From Phaeosaccion multiseriatum (lineage: Eukaryota > Protista > Ochrophyta, other classes), in contig OZ218957.1 of NCBI GenBank assembly GCA_965112735.1, forward strand, positions 1,798,001-1,862,000: DNA of 64,000 nt, in the 5' to 3' direction. The position numbers and the translations under genes were made by a program. The notes beneath the pieces were generated by a model. That model was not told the DNA's origin, made no database searches, and saw only the letters and a program-made list of their open reading frames with translations. Of the stretch, positions 1 to 12,702 are shown piece after piece. Position 1 is the first letter of the stretch. Each line of letters opens with the position of its first letter.

Positions 1-1771
1 GATTGAAGTCCCTGCCAAAGTGGATCTTCTTGAGCGAGACAGGCAGGTCCAGAGGGAGGTTAAAGTCAGCCCCCATCCGCACCTCCTCCACACCGCAAGG
101 AAGGACCATGTGCTGATTGAAGCGAGAGTCCTCACAAAATCTGATCTTCTTGAGCGAGGCAGGCAGGTCCAGAGGGAAGTTAAAGTCAGCCCCCATCACC
201 ACCACCTCCTCCACACCGCAAGGAAGGACCACGCGCTGATTGAAGACCCTGCCAAAGTGGATCTTCTTGAGCGAGACAGGCAGGTCCAGAGGGAGGTTAA
301 AGTCAGCCCCCATCACCACCTCCTCCACGCCGCAAGGAAGGACCACGTGCTGATTGAAGTCCCTGCCAAAGTGGATCTTCTTGAGCGAGGCAGGCAGGTC
401 CAGAGGGAGGTTAAAGTAATGCCCCATCACCACCTCCTCCACGCCGCAAGGAAGGACCACGTGCTGATTGAAGAACCGGCTAAAGTAGATCTTCTTGAGC
501 GAGGCAGGCAGGTCCAGAGGGAGGTTAAAGGAAACCCCCATCACCACCTCCTCCACGCCGCAAGGAAGGACCACGTGCTGATTGAAGTGATGACCAAAAT
601 CGATATACTTGAGCGAGGCAGGCAGGTCCAGAGGGAGGTTAAAGAACCATCCCATGGCCACCTCCTCCACGCCGCAAGGAAGCACCACGTGCTGATTGAA
701 CTTCTGGCCAAAGTGGATAAACTTGAGCGAGGCAGGCAGGTCCAGAGGGAGGTTAAAGTTATCCCCCATCACCATCTCCTCCACGCCGCAAGGAAGGACC
801 ACGTGCTGATTGAAGCTCTGGGCAAAGATGATCTTCTTGAGCGAGGCAGGCAGGTCCAGAGGGAGGTTGTAACCCCCCATCCGCACCTCCTCTACACCAC
901 CAGGAAGGACCACGTGCTGATTGAAGTGATACCCAAAGCGTATCTTCTTGATCGAGGCAGGGAGGTCCAGAGGGAGGTTAAAGTCCCACCCCATCTCCAC
1001 CTCCTCTACACCACAAGGAAGGACCACGTGCTGATTGAAGTCCCTGCCAAAGTTGATCTTCTTCAACGAGGCAGGAAGCAAGATCCTCCCATTGAAAGCG
1101 CCTCCAAAGGACACTTCTTCCAATGTGTTGGGCAGAGATACATCGGCCTCATCGAAATAGTCGGAGAAGACCACACGCTTGACTGATGCGGGCAACTGCG
1201 CCAGCGCCTTCGCAACGAGAGCCTTGTCTGCAGATTTCATGCCTTCGTCTCGCGAATCATGGGCGTGACTGAACGCGGCGGCTAAGACAGCCTTGTCTGC
1301 AGGTTTCATGCCTTCGCATCGCGGGTGTCCGTCTCCGTATCTGAAGCCAAGCCGCACAGCCGCCACACGAAATGACCCTGGTACAGATTCACCGCGCTGT
1401 TCTTTCACCTGCTCTTCCTGATTAGCACGCATACCCCCAGACCTTCGGCCCCCCTCCAGGACCGATCTTGTCGCCTCACTCGCAGCAGTAGCACCTGCTC
1501 CCTCGGGAAAGGAAGATGCTGCAGAACAACACCTCTTCTCTTCAGCCTTCTGTTGCCGGAGCAAACTCAGGAAACGACGCTGCACACACTCAGGCATGGC
1601 GCCGCTGATCACCAGAGTGCGGGAGGTGCCCTCGTCAACCTCCCTACACACTCCCCACAGAGCTGTGTCCGAAGTGAAGCTGGCCACAGTTCTCAGGGCC
1701 GCTCTCGCCGCGCTATGCTCAGGCAGTGCCCCACGAGACTGCCCATCCTCACTCACGCCTCCCTTATCCAT
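1..1771 (-). CDS. FNIP-repeat (LRR-like) protein, paralog A, possible degenerate N-terminal F-box; 3' end beyond window start
   Basis: ATG at 1771 (MDKGGVSEDGQSRG...), open to position 1 by manual translation. Repeats LPASLKKIxFGxxFNQHVV / LPCGVEEVxMGxxFNLPLD from ~1195 to 1. N-terminus nearly identical to 15212..16903. Not in the ORF track because no stop lies inside the window. Confidence 0.9.
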   Translation of the reverse strand, partial: MDKGGVSEDGQSRGALPEHSAARAALRTVASFTSDTALWGVCREVDEGTSRTLVISGAMPECVQRRFLSLLRQQKAEEKRCCSAASSFPEGAGATAASEATRSVLEGGRRSGGMRANQEEQVKEQRGESVPGSFRVAAVRLGFRYGDGHPRCEGMKPADKAVLAAAFSHAHDSRDEGMKSADKALVAKALAQLPASVKRVVFSDYFDEADVSLPNTLEEVSFGGAFNGRILLPASLKKINFGRDFNQHVVLPCGVEEVEMGWDFNLPLDLPASIKKIRFGYHFNQHVVLPGGVEEVRMGGYNLPLDLPASLKKIIFAQSFNQHVVLPCGVEEMVMGDNFNLPLDLPASLKFIHFGQKFNQHVVLPCGVEEVAMGWFFNLPLDLPASLKYIDFGHHFNQHVVLPCGVEEVVMGVSFNLPLDLPASLKKIYFSRFFNQHVVLPCGVEEVVMGHYFNLPLDLPASLKKIHFGRDFNQHVVLPCGVEEVVMGADFNLPLDLPVSLKKIHFGRVFNQRVVLPCGVEEVVVMGADFNFPLDLPASLKKIRFCEDSRFNQHMVLPCGVEEVRMGADFNLPLDLPVSLKKIHFGRDFN

Positions 1772-2231
1772 GCTTCCCTCTGTTTCTCTTTCTTAACGTG
1801 TGTGTGTGGGCGCTACTACTGCGGTCAGTGGTAAGAGAAGAGAGGAAGGGTTTGAAAACCCCGGTTCAGAGCTACAAGCTGGTCCCACCAAGAGACCGAA
1901 AAATCTTCAGACGCGTCGACAGAAGAATCACATGGAGGGAAAAACTAGGGCTATGCTTTCGTTCGTCTTGACGCCCTCTATCGATTGACGCTGTGCCCTT
2001 CTCACAAGTCTGTTGTCATCGCGCTCTAAATCAGCGCCAGTTTTCCTCGATTTTCCCGAAATCTCCGTTTTTTTCGAACTTATACCCCCCAATCACAATG
2101 GGAAACGGCGTGGTCATACAGTACTCCTCAGCATGAGGCCAAGAGAGAAAACCGCCTGAAAATCGACTCGAATCCCGCATCGGAATCACGAGATGAAAAA
2201 AATTTCCCTCTTTTCGTGGGACCAGCTTGTA

Positions 2232-2962
2232 ACCGGCCAGGGGGAAGACTTTATTGACTTAATAACTGGTTTTTCGAGCAGAGCGAGTTTACGAGTCGAT
2301 AGGTCGAAAAACGTATTTTCAAGCAGCGGAGGATAGACAGATGGAAAGGAGTAAAGGGACGTGTAGAAGGCAGGGCATGCGCACGCCGGCTGGCGCAACG
2401 GCCCAACGGCCCTACGTAGCACACGCACGAGGCCCACCGACGGGGGTTACAAGGAGTCAGGAATTAGCAGGAATTAGCAATCACTACTGTAAAAGAGGAG
2501 GCGACGCGAGTACGGCGTCGCAAGAGTCGCAGCAAGTGTCGAAGAGCTCAGCGCGGTGAGAAGGACAGCGAAGGGAGCAGCCCAGCAGTCCACCGCACGG
2601 AAGGAGACGGCAGCGACAGCAAAAGTTTCCCCACCCGCCCGGCCCGGGGGGACGAGTGGGATTATCGGGAATCCAACGGGGTGGATGGGAGTAAGGGCGA
2701 GGCAGACGCGTCTGCCCGCCCTGCTTTGGCACCCCCTGGAAATCGCATGTACCCCCCTTTATACAAATAAACAAGCATTGAGTATTAGTTTGACTGAACG
2801 AGAGGGTGGTCGAGGTAAAGGCATATAGGTAGTATTAGGTGTCGGGACACAGCGGACTGAAAAGGAATCACCTAAGAAACTGAAAGTGTGAAAGTGTGTG
2901 TGACCGGCCAGGGGGAGACTTTATTGACTTAATAGGAATCACCTAAGAAACTGAAAGTGTGA

Positions 2963-2973
<11 letters not shown>
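2232..2973. repeat. Tandem copies of a ~65-bp element ACCGGCCAGGGGGAGACTTTATTGACTTAATAGGAATCACCTAAGAAACTGAAAGTGTG; the first copy is split by ~600 bp
   Basis: Left half 2232-2264, right half 2863-2902, intact copy 2903-~2970, variant copy 3364-3414, truncated copy 24622-24686 in the opposite orientation. Confidence 0.75.
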
Positions 2974-3010
<37 letters not shown>

Positions 3011-3363
3011 GTGTCGCTGTGTCTCCGGGGCCCTCGAGGGGCCGGTTACTCCCCCTCTAGGGCGGGGAGGGGGAGTGCGGGACCGGCTCCGCGGTTGAGC
3101 CGACCCAGGAAGGCGCGCTCCCGCTCCGAGAGCCACATCTGGTGGCTGCAGCTGACGAGGCGGCGAAGTCTTGTCAGGACGTGGCCCTTGGTGGTGGAGG
3201 AGCCAGTGCGGCCAGTGCGGGTGACCACGTGCTCGGCGAGTGCGTGCAGGAGCGATTGCGCCTGTGCGCCGAGTCGGCCGTGGGTCTCGATGGCGAAGGT
3301 GGAGAGGCGAGCACGCTCTCGGTCGTAGGTGCCCCTGTAGTGTCGCTCCTTGCGGGTCTCGCT
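2963..3363 (-). mobile_element. 5'-truncated CRE/R2-type non-LTR retrotransposon remnant: restriction-like endonuclease C-terminus, short 3' UTR and (CA)n tract
   Basis: Minus frame 3363->3046 reads SETRKERHYRGTYDRERARLSTFAIETHGRLGAQAQSLLHALAEH..., matching the RLE K-x-x-x-Y ... F-A-x-E-T-x-G-x-L-G signature. (CA)n follows at ~2963-3008. Confidence 0.7.
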
Positions 3364-3927
3364 ACCGGCCAGGGGAGGCTCCTTTCACTTTATTGACTTA
3401 GTAGGAATCACCTATAGGAAGGAAAGGAAGGAATTAGGGAGGCGAAGAGGCTCTTCTTCGCAAAGTAATGCTGCTGTGGTTCTGCCCTGCAACAGCTGTC
3501 GACCACCGCCGCACCCCCCTCTGCGGCCGATCACCCTCTGCTAACGTAAAACCCAACCCAGCCTCTGCTCCTCTGCTTCCCCTCTAACTATCCAAGTATG
3601 TAGGTCTTCATCGACTCGCCAGGCTACACCTCCTCCGAGCACCTCCAGCTGCTATCTCCCTCACCTTGGCTGGGCACCATCTGTCGGCAGGGGAGAGAGG
3701 GTCGGAGGGAGGCAAAAGAGGAGCAAGCAACCAAAGAAGAGGAGGGGGCGTGAGACAGGATATACAGAGCCCGGTACTGTATGCAATGCTCCCGATGTCC
3801 GAGCACTGAGCTGACTGCCCTCAACCGCACTACAACCATGCCTCGTGCGATTTGATCGTGATTTCCACGTGACGTGATCCTCATTTCATCTAATTTTATG
3901 CATCAAAAGTCATTTGATTGAGAGAGA

Positions 3928-4730
3928 TTAGGTGATCAGGTCCGCCGCTCGCATAAAGGCGGCCTTGAGGGTCATCACCCCCGCACTCAGCTTCTGACCA
4001 GCGACCACCGCTACCTCCTCCTCCTCCTCCTCCTCCTCCTCCTCCTCCTCCTCCTCCTCCTCCTCCTCCTCCTCCTCCTCCTCCTCCTCCTCCTCCTCCT
4101 GCCCCTCCTCGCCCCCCTCTGCTGCCATACCACGATGGTTCCCCAACCCTGATCCCAACCCTGATCCTGACCCTGACCCTCCTGTTGCAAGCTTTGCTGC
4201 TGCTGCTCCTCCTCCTCCTCCTCCGCCTCCTCCTCCACCTCCACCTCCTCCGCCTCCTCCGCCTCCTCCGCCTCGTCCACCCAGGGATGGCAGCGGGCCC
4301 GAAGACCGATACATGCTGCTACTATTTGGGGGGGGGGGGCTAGAATGTTGGGTTTGTTGGCGTTGATGTTGTAGCCTTTGAAGTCGCTTCACAACCTTCT
4401 CCCACCCCTCCCTACTCCGACACTGCAGGGTCCACCGGCGCCGCTTCAGCGTTGTCTTGGCAAAGAGGGCCAAGAGAGCCCCGCTGCCTCCTCCTCCACC
4501 CCCTCCCCGTCCTCCTCCTTCTTCTCCTCCTCCACCCTCCTCACTAGCTTCACCCCCTCCTCCTCCACCTCCTCCTCCCTCCCCTCTTAGCACGATAGTC
4601 ACGAGGAGCTCACGACCAGTGTTTCCTCTTCCTCGTCCTCTTCCTCTTCCCTTTCCACTGCCCCTACTCGTGCTGACCGTCCCCGTTCCAAGCCTCAGCC
4701 CGCCCGAGCCTCGACTCCTCTCTATGATGG

Positions 4731-4764
<34 letters not shown>

Positions 4765-5188
4765 GCTGCTGTTGCTGGACGACCAACTTGTTCTGATGGC
4801 CCTGCTGTTGCTACTACCTCTGCCACCGCCCTCGCCCTCCTCCTCGTCGTCCTCATTCTCCTCCTCCTCGTCGTCGTCCACCTGCACACCCACAACATCA
4901 CACAGGTCGGCGCTGTCTACCAGGCGAAGCCATGGAGCAGCAGCAAGACCACCTCCATCCCATCGACTGCCACTTCCCCCCCTGGAGAGGTCCGCATCAC
5001 AGAGTAGGATGCGGGTGGATGTGATGACCAACGCGCGAGGCGCCAGCAGCCACGGCCGCTGCTTCCATCTCTGAAAGAGCAGCTGATAAAGACTCACCCC
5101 CACATCCTCCTCTGTGCGTACAGACGGACACAACGGTGGATGTGGATGATACCCTTGCCCTTGCCCTTGTCCCTGTCCCTGCCCTCCT

Positions 5189-5223
<35 letters not shown>

Positions 5224-6490
5224 TCGGGCAATGGCATCGAGGGTGTCGTCATCCTCATTGCCGATGGACAGCGTCAAGTGGGCGGCGATGGCCTCAAAGT
5301 GTCGGGTCAGAGTGAGTGTCCTTGAGCGGTCTCGGGTCAGCACCGCCAAGGCTGCTCCTTGGCTGCTGCAAACGCAACAGCCCCCCTTGCGCCCTTGTCC
5401 TCCTCCTCTCCTCGCGCGGCTGCCGTTGACGCCGTTAACGCCGCTGACGAGGCCGTTGATGCCGTTAACGCTGGCCTCATAGGAGGACAAAGATGACCCC
5501 CAAGACCCGTGTCGCGTGTTGCTCGTGGTCCGGGAGAAGTAGGCCTGAGTCATCGCGCCATTCGCCCTACTGGTAGGGGAGACAGAGGAGATAGAGGAGG
5601 AAGAGGAGGAGGAGGGTGCCGCTGTACCACCAACTGCTGTACCGCCATTTGCTGTACCACCAATTGCTACACGAGCTGCCGTCATGTCGGGCAGCACCTC
5701 TATGCGCAGCAACTGCAACTCAAACCCCAACACTAGTGCGCCAACTCGCCACAAGGGCCAGCGACGGAGCACCAACGGCCGAGGGGCGTCGCCAAAGGTC
5801 ACTCTCCGCCGCCGTGAAGACGACGGCGCCGTTGACTGCCACCCGCCGGCTTCTCGGCCTTTACTTTCGCTACTGCTGCTGTTGCTGCTGCTTGTGCTAA
5901 TGAGGTTCTTCTCGTCCATAACGTACAGACAAAGGTCCGTGAGCACGAGCACCACAGCCCGCTCCCCGCACACGTACTCCTGCTGTCGCTGCTGCTGTAT
6001 CACCAACTGCTGCCCCAGGGTGTGAGTCCGTTCTCTGGCATCTCCATGCACATCCCTTCGCAGCACGGGCACAAAGAGACAGAGTCCACACGGGGCCTGC
6101 CGCGAGGAGCCTCGGCCTGAATTACAGCAGCAGCAGACAGCGCCCTCTTCTTCCTCCCCTCCTCCTCCTCCTCCTCCTCCTCCACCACCACCACCACCAC
6201 CACCATCACCACCATCACCACGTCCTCCTCCTCCTCCTCCTCCTCCTCCTCCTCTCGGCTTGCAAGGAAGCACTGTGTCTCTGAACACGTGGAGCACCGT
6301 CTCGGAAGCAGAGGGCATCCCGTTCCGACACTCACACGCCGAAGGGACGGTCAAGTACGGGGCCCTGCCCAAGCGCGGAGTGAAGACTTGCTCGCGGAAG
6401 TATCTTTGCGTGGAGTTGTGGTTGTGGTGGGTGGGTGTGTGTGTGTAGGTGGGTGTGTGTGGGTGGGTGGGGGGTGAGTGGGTGGAATGG

Positions 6491-6532
<42 letters not shown>

Positions 6533-8293
6533 TTGTGCGCGTGTGGGTGTGCGCGTGTACTTGAAGAATGAGCCACCCCTCCCCCCCAACACCAACACCG
6601 GAGCCGTAGCACCAACTTCTCTTCTATGGACCTCTCAAGTAGAACCACACCATACACAAAATGCAACTCACAAATAAAGTCTCCGGGGGCCACCCATACA
6701 CACTGGTAATACACTAACCGTAGCAGGTCGTCGCCAACAGCCGTCGTTGCCAGGTCGGGATTGCCAACGTATTGACGTTTGCTGCCATCTTCACCTCCTC
6801 CCCCTCGTCGTCGTCCCACTCCTCCTGGCCCCGTTTCTCCTCCTGGTCGTCGTCCTCCTCCGCCTCCTTCTGCTCCTACCTCTGCTGCCGTATCACCAAC
6901 TGCTGAAGGGAGTGCCCCCCCCGGTCCACCCGTCAGCCGAACCTCCCTCCTCACGCCCTCTCGCGCCTCTGCTGCCCCCCCACCCCCACCAACACCTCCG
7001 CTACCGCCAGTCGTGTCCCCTGTACCACCAACACGAGCACCAACACCTGTATCTCTTCCACCTGTCCTGCTGCCCCCCGTCCCGCGGCTCCCGTTGACGC
7101 CGCCTCCAAAGTACTCTCGAATTCGCCTCTGTTGCAACAGCTCTTGCTCCCTCCGCTCATCGCCGCTCAATTGCAGCCGCACCGGCCCCGATTGGCGCCT
7201 GCGTCTCTGCCTCTGTATCACCAACTGCTGCTCCTGCTGCTCCCCGTCGTCCACAATGCTTCCGCTTCTGTCGGGGTAGGGGTGGGAAGAAGCTGGCCGA
7301 GACGATGTGGCTACGGCTCTGGTTGTGGCCGCTGCTCTCAGCGAGGGCGGGGGAGGGAGGGGGGCGATTCCTGTGCTGTTGCGACGGCGGCGATCCGGGG
7401 GGCTCTGTGACTGCCCCTGTACCACCAACGGCTGTTGTTGCGGCTGCTGCGTGCTGGACTCCACCGCGCCACCATTCACATCACCCCCACCCCAACCCCC
7501 ACCACCACCACCAGCAGCAGTAGCAGCGGTTGGTGATACAGCAGTTGGCGATACATCCGTGGGTGATACAACGGCAGCCTGTTGTGCCTTGTTATTGGCG
7601 CTCTTGTCCCTCTCCGACGCATCCAGGAGCTCAGCGAAGGTCTTCCTGCGTGTCCCAGTCTCCGTCTGCTGCCATCGCCGCTGATCCTTCTCCCTCTCCG
7701 TCCTCATCTCCTTCTTCGTCTCTCTCTCTGTCTGTGAGGTGAACAAGGACCGAGCTCTCGCCCCCAAAGTCTCTGCCATGCCGAGTGATTCACCTTTCGC
7801 CGCCGAAGAGGCCGCTGAATCACCACCTGCTGTTGCTGCCGTACTCACGTCCGCGACCGGGTTCCCCCCTCTCTTCGAGAGCGGGTCTAATGAAGCTGCT
7901 GCTGCCGTTCCTCCGCTCTCCCCCTCCTCCTCGTTCTTTTCTTCCTCATTCTTCTTTTGCTCCACCTGCTCCTCCTCCTGGCCCTGCTCCTCCTCCTGGT
8001 CCTGCTCCTCTTCCTGCTGCTGCTGCTCCTCCTCCTCCTCCTGCTCCTCCTGCTCCTCCTCCTCCTCATCCTCCCCCTCCTCCTCCTCCTCGATTCCCTT
8101 CGCATCATCCAGCGACTCTTGGTCTTCTCTCTCAATACTACTTCCACTATCTCTACTACCACCATTTGTACTTGTACTACTAGCGTGTCCTTCGTCGTCA
8201 TCCTCATCCCGCAGCAACAAGTCTGGAGTTCCCTCCCCCCCCTTCGGTGAGAGCAAACGCCTCGATCCGAGCAACGCTACCTCCACATCATCA

Positions 8294-8324
<31 letters not shown>

Positions 8325-8964
8325 GGGACGTCTCTCCCTCCCCATCCGCAGTGACACCATCCTGTGGGAAGGGCGAGGAGGCCCTCCTCCTCACACCCCC
8401 ACCGCGCAAACCAAGCACAAGCTCCTCCATGCAATCGGAATCGGCCTCTTCCTCCTCCTCTTCCTCCTCCTCCTCTGCGAGCCCCCACCTCGGATGCCCT
8501 CCCTGTATCACCAACACGTGCTGCTGCAGCTTACTGGCACCCTCCACCTCTGCACCTCCACCTGCACCGCCTCCAGCCGCTGTTGTTTCACCAACTGCTT
8601 CGGATGCGGTCGCCGCCAGCACCGCTGCTGCTGCTGCTGCTGCTGCTACATCACCAGCTGCTTCACCCCCCCCCATGTTCTCTATACTCGCCAAAGCCGA
8701 ATTGCGCCGCCTCCGTCTCCTACTCGTCCCTTGCCATGGCCCTTGCTCCGCCCCTTCCCTGCCCCTACCCCGTCCATTCTCCTGTCCCCGTCTCCCTCCT
8801 TCCTCTTCCCCTTCTCCTCCGTCTTCACCCCCCTTCCCCTCCTTCGAGGCGGTCTCCGACAACCTCCAGCGAGAGACACTTGTGTCCTCGCCGCCCTCAT
8901 CGCGTCCACTCGTGGTGCTCACTCGACTCTCTCTACCCACTCTGCCGACACTGGCCATACCACT

Positions 8965-9000
<36 letters not shown>

Positions 9001-10153
9001 AGAGGAGGAAGCCTGAGACGGTCTCCGCCTCGGCCGTTCTCCGTCTCCTCCTTCTTCGCCTCTTCTGTGCTGCTGCTGCTCCTGCCGCTGCTGCTGCTGT
9101 ATCACCAACTGCCGCTGCTGTTGGTTCATCGCCGCAGCTCCAAAACTGCGATCTGTGAGCACCTTCCGCTCCTTCAGTGATGGATACCTCCCGTCCAGTG
9201 CAAGGCCACTCATCCCACTCACTCCACTCACACCTCCCTCAACCCCGTCATCTCCCTCGCCCCCCCAGAACCAGTCGTTGCTCCTCCTCCTCCCTCCCCT
9301 CCTCTGCCTCAAGACATCGCCCCCACCCCCTTCCCCATCTGCAGCTCCTCCCCCGGTGCCCCAGTAGTCGCCGCCAGCCTGTGTCCTCCCAACACCCAAC
9401 AGCTCAAGTATGGTCACACGGTAGCTCTCGCCGAGGGCTTCCGCCACGGGGTTGCTGCGTAGCACGATGCCCGATAAGCAAGGCAACTTCGACAGGCGAG
9501 ATATATCCTCTTGCCGTGCGAGTTGGTTGTCCGAAAGGTCGAGGTACCTGTGAGGGTGAGGGATGGATGTTGCAGATCGATTTTTTTGGTGTAACGTAAG
9601 GGATCGATACAGGAGTAAGCAAGGTCTAACATCCTGCAACTGAAACTATGCCTGGGGGAGTAAAAGACCAGCTGAAACTGAACCTGTATCTGACAAGAGG
9701 ACTAGACCCGAACCTCTCCTACCACCACTTCCTCTCTTCGGGGCGCAAATAGTTTGAATGTCGTAGCTTAGTATAGTCTTCACACACGAGTCTGCAAGGA
9801 GTAGACCGGTATATACCGCTCCTACGCTCTGTATCACTCTCCTGTGCATATTTATATAGAGTTAGTGACAAAGAGGAGGCCACGTGACACTGAAACTGTG
9901 GCTGCTGCAACCCACACAAACCACTGCAACTGCAAAAAAATGTAAACCCAAATTACCTGAGAGAATAGAGCTTGTCCAGGCCGAGCGTGCTTTGAAGTGC
10001 ATTGTGCCGCAGGGAGAGACGCACGAGGTTACCAAGCACTTGGTGGATGCCTTTCGGGGGAGGTGCATGCGGGGTGTGATCAAGGGCATGTGAGTGGTGG
10101 TGGTGTGGGTGAGTGGATGGGAGCCGGGGGTGGGGTGCGTGTGTGGTGCGTGC

Positions 10154-10239
<86 letters not shown>

Positions 10240-12352
10240 GCGTGTGTGTGTGCGTGCATGTGTGTGTCTGTGCGTGCGCGTGTGTGTGTACTGATTCCTT
10301 CAATCGCGTACACTCATACACCAACATGGAGTACATCTATACGTACCTTTGGCGGAGGAGATGCGATTGAAGCTAAGGTCCAGGCTGGTGAGGGCTGAGC
10401 AGTCCTGCAAGTACGCCACCCTCGAGATGGAGTTGTGAGGCAGCTCCACGCAGCGCACGTGGGGCAGGAGACGTAGGGCTCCATCCAGGCGCTTTAGGCC
10501 GCACGAGCTGGCTCGAAACAGATCTAACTTGCTCCAATGCAGCGCCGGGATGCGGCCCGTTCCCAGCAGGCTCTCCTCTCCTTGTTCTTCTTGTTCTTCT
10601 CCCCCTCCTGCTCCTTCTTCTCCCCTTCCTCCTTCCTTCTCCTCCTCCTCCTCCTCCTCATCCACCCCTTCCTTCTTCTCCTCCTCCCCTGCTCTCTCCG
10701 CTGCTGAGGCGAGAGGTTCAGGCCCTAACAAGGCCTGCAAGGACGGGAGATGCGCCTCTTCAAAGCTTAGGGCCTTGAGCTGCAGCCTAAGGGCAAACAA
10801 GCGGGACACATACTCGGGCCCAATGCGCTGTAGAGAGAGCACCTGGGTACACATACATGAACACGTATATATATACATACCACATACACAAACACGCGCG
10901 CACACGCACGGAACGAGGCTCCGATGTTAGGTTAAACGGGTGTATGAACCGACGGATGACACAAGTGTGGATTGGCATACGCCTTCTCTCCCCCCTCCTC
11001 CCCCTTCTCGGTCGCTTGAATCCCCAAGCCCCCAATCCACACACAAGCACATTTCCATGATCATAATGAACTAAGACTGCACCACACCACACCACACCAT
11101 CACAGTTGGTGATACACCACGTCACAGATACACCACATCCCACCTGCAGGCTCGGAAACACGCTCAAGTCAACGTAATGAGGACTGCTGTGTCCCCCATT
11201 GTGCGCCACTCTGAGGCTGGTCATGGCCATGACCTGCTGGTAAAGGTTCCCCACCAGTTGCCGCTCGTACTTCATCTGCGTCGCCTCTGCACCACCACCC
11301 GCGGCGGAGAAGGAGGAGCGGGACTGCTGATGCTCTTGTTGTATCACCAACTGCTGCTGCTGGGGGCCTTGGAGGTGCTGCTTAAGCTTGCGGGCGAGGA
11401 CGTACACCTCTCGTGGGGTGAGCGTCGCAGGCTCGGTATTGTTCATACGCCCTCCATGACCGTACAACCGCAACGAGTCTTGGAGGACGGATGCCTGCCC
11501 CACTCTTGAAGCTTCCCATCCTTCTCCTCCTGCTCCTCGAGCCCCGGCATCGTTTGGCCCTTCCCCTCCGAGGCTGCCCCCCACCCGTCCTCCCTCTTCT
11601 TCCGTCGTGCGCCTTCTCCGAAGGCCGTTGTCTACATCGCTGCTGCTATTATCGCTGCCACTTCCACTCTTAGGAAAGTAAGATTGGCCGCTTAGGAGAC
11701 TGCCACTGCCGCTCCTCCATGCTCCTTCAACACCCGACCCCTCACGGCCCCTTGTCGAAGCTCCTCGGTTTGTGGGACTCTGACTGGCGTCGGGGCTGCC
11801 GGTGACGCTTGCTGTGAGTCCACCTAGGCTCCACAAGCGAGAGCCTCCAAAGTCGGAGGGAGAGAAACCAAAGCTACTGCGTCGTCGTCCACTGCCGATT
11901 GCCCCCCCGCCGAGCAGTTGTTGCAGACTCTTGATGCGAAAGAAGCCTTTGCCGTCGTCGGCTTCCCTCTCTCGGTTTTCTTCCCCTAGCCCTGCCCTTG
12001 CTCTCTGCCCTGGGATAGCCGGTCTTCTTGCGCCAGCAAGAGTCCTCGTACTGCTTCGGACCTCCAGAGGAGTCGCGGCCTCCTCCTCTGCTCTGGAGGT
12101 GAGCAGATTGCTGAGAATTCCCTCAAGCACGACGTTGCTGCTGTACAAACTGACGCTCCTGTCAGCCCTACTGCCAGTGCCAGTGCTTACATCTTCGGGC
12201 CATTGCTCTCTTGCACGTCCACCGCTGACAAACCGCCTTTCTCCCTGCTCCTCGCTGTGTCGAGGCCCGTCGACGCCGACAATCCCGACCTTGTTCGTCT
12301 CGCTGCTGTCGCTTCGCAGGAAGACGTCTCCAATCGACCATTCCTCCTCCAT
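3928..12352 (-). CDS. STK11IP/nischarin-like LRR protein with long low-complexity middle and C-terminal PH-like regions (5 exons)
   Basis: Exons 12352-11144, 10842-10347, 10050-9957, 9547-6719, 6403-3928 with GT-AG sites and consistent phases. LRR: WSKLDLFRASSCGLKRLDGALRLLPHVRCVELPHNSI...LDLSFNRI...LGNLVRLSLRHNAL...LDKLYSLRYLDLSDNQL...LRSNPV. C-terminal VVLVLTDLCLYV and ALVITSTRILLC strands. Confidence 0.8.
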
Positions 12353-12702
12353 CCCGTGCCCCTCGCCTTTCTTCTCCCTCGTTAACGGCAGATGGCATTC
12401 ATAATTGTTGTCTCGGGTCTCTTTTTTGAGCTCTCTCTGGTTGGTGTCCTAATTAAGGTAAGGCCGTCTGACCCATCGACTCCCTCCCAATCGACAATAC
12501 CTCTTCGGCCCTATCTGTCTCGAGAAGCTCATGGTTAGGGTCATTAGCTAGGGGAGCGGGAGAATGTTACATAATGTACGGCCGATCCCGATCATCGCGG
12601 GGTGAGTCAGGGTAGCGTGTTGGTCGTATTCTTCTGGGGTCACAGCTGGTGTTGTGGGGAGTAGAGAGAAAAAACTGAGAAAGAGAGAAGGAGCAGAGAA
12701 AG

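Noticed and set aside
20-1186. 388-aa His-rich repeat ORF (+) and its counterpart 15722..16684 (-)
   Set aside because: Antisense shadows of the FNIP arrays; the opposite strand gives a recognisable protein.
3928-9639. 1903-aa ORF as a standalone gene
   Set aside because: It is the 3' part of a spliced gene and reads through a 315-nt in-frame (CA)n intron (6404-6718).
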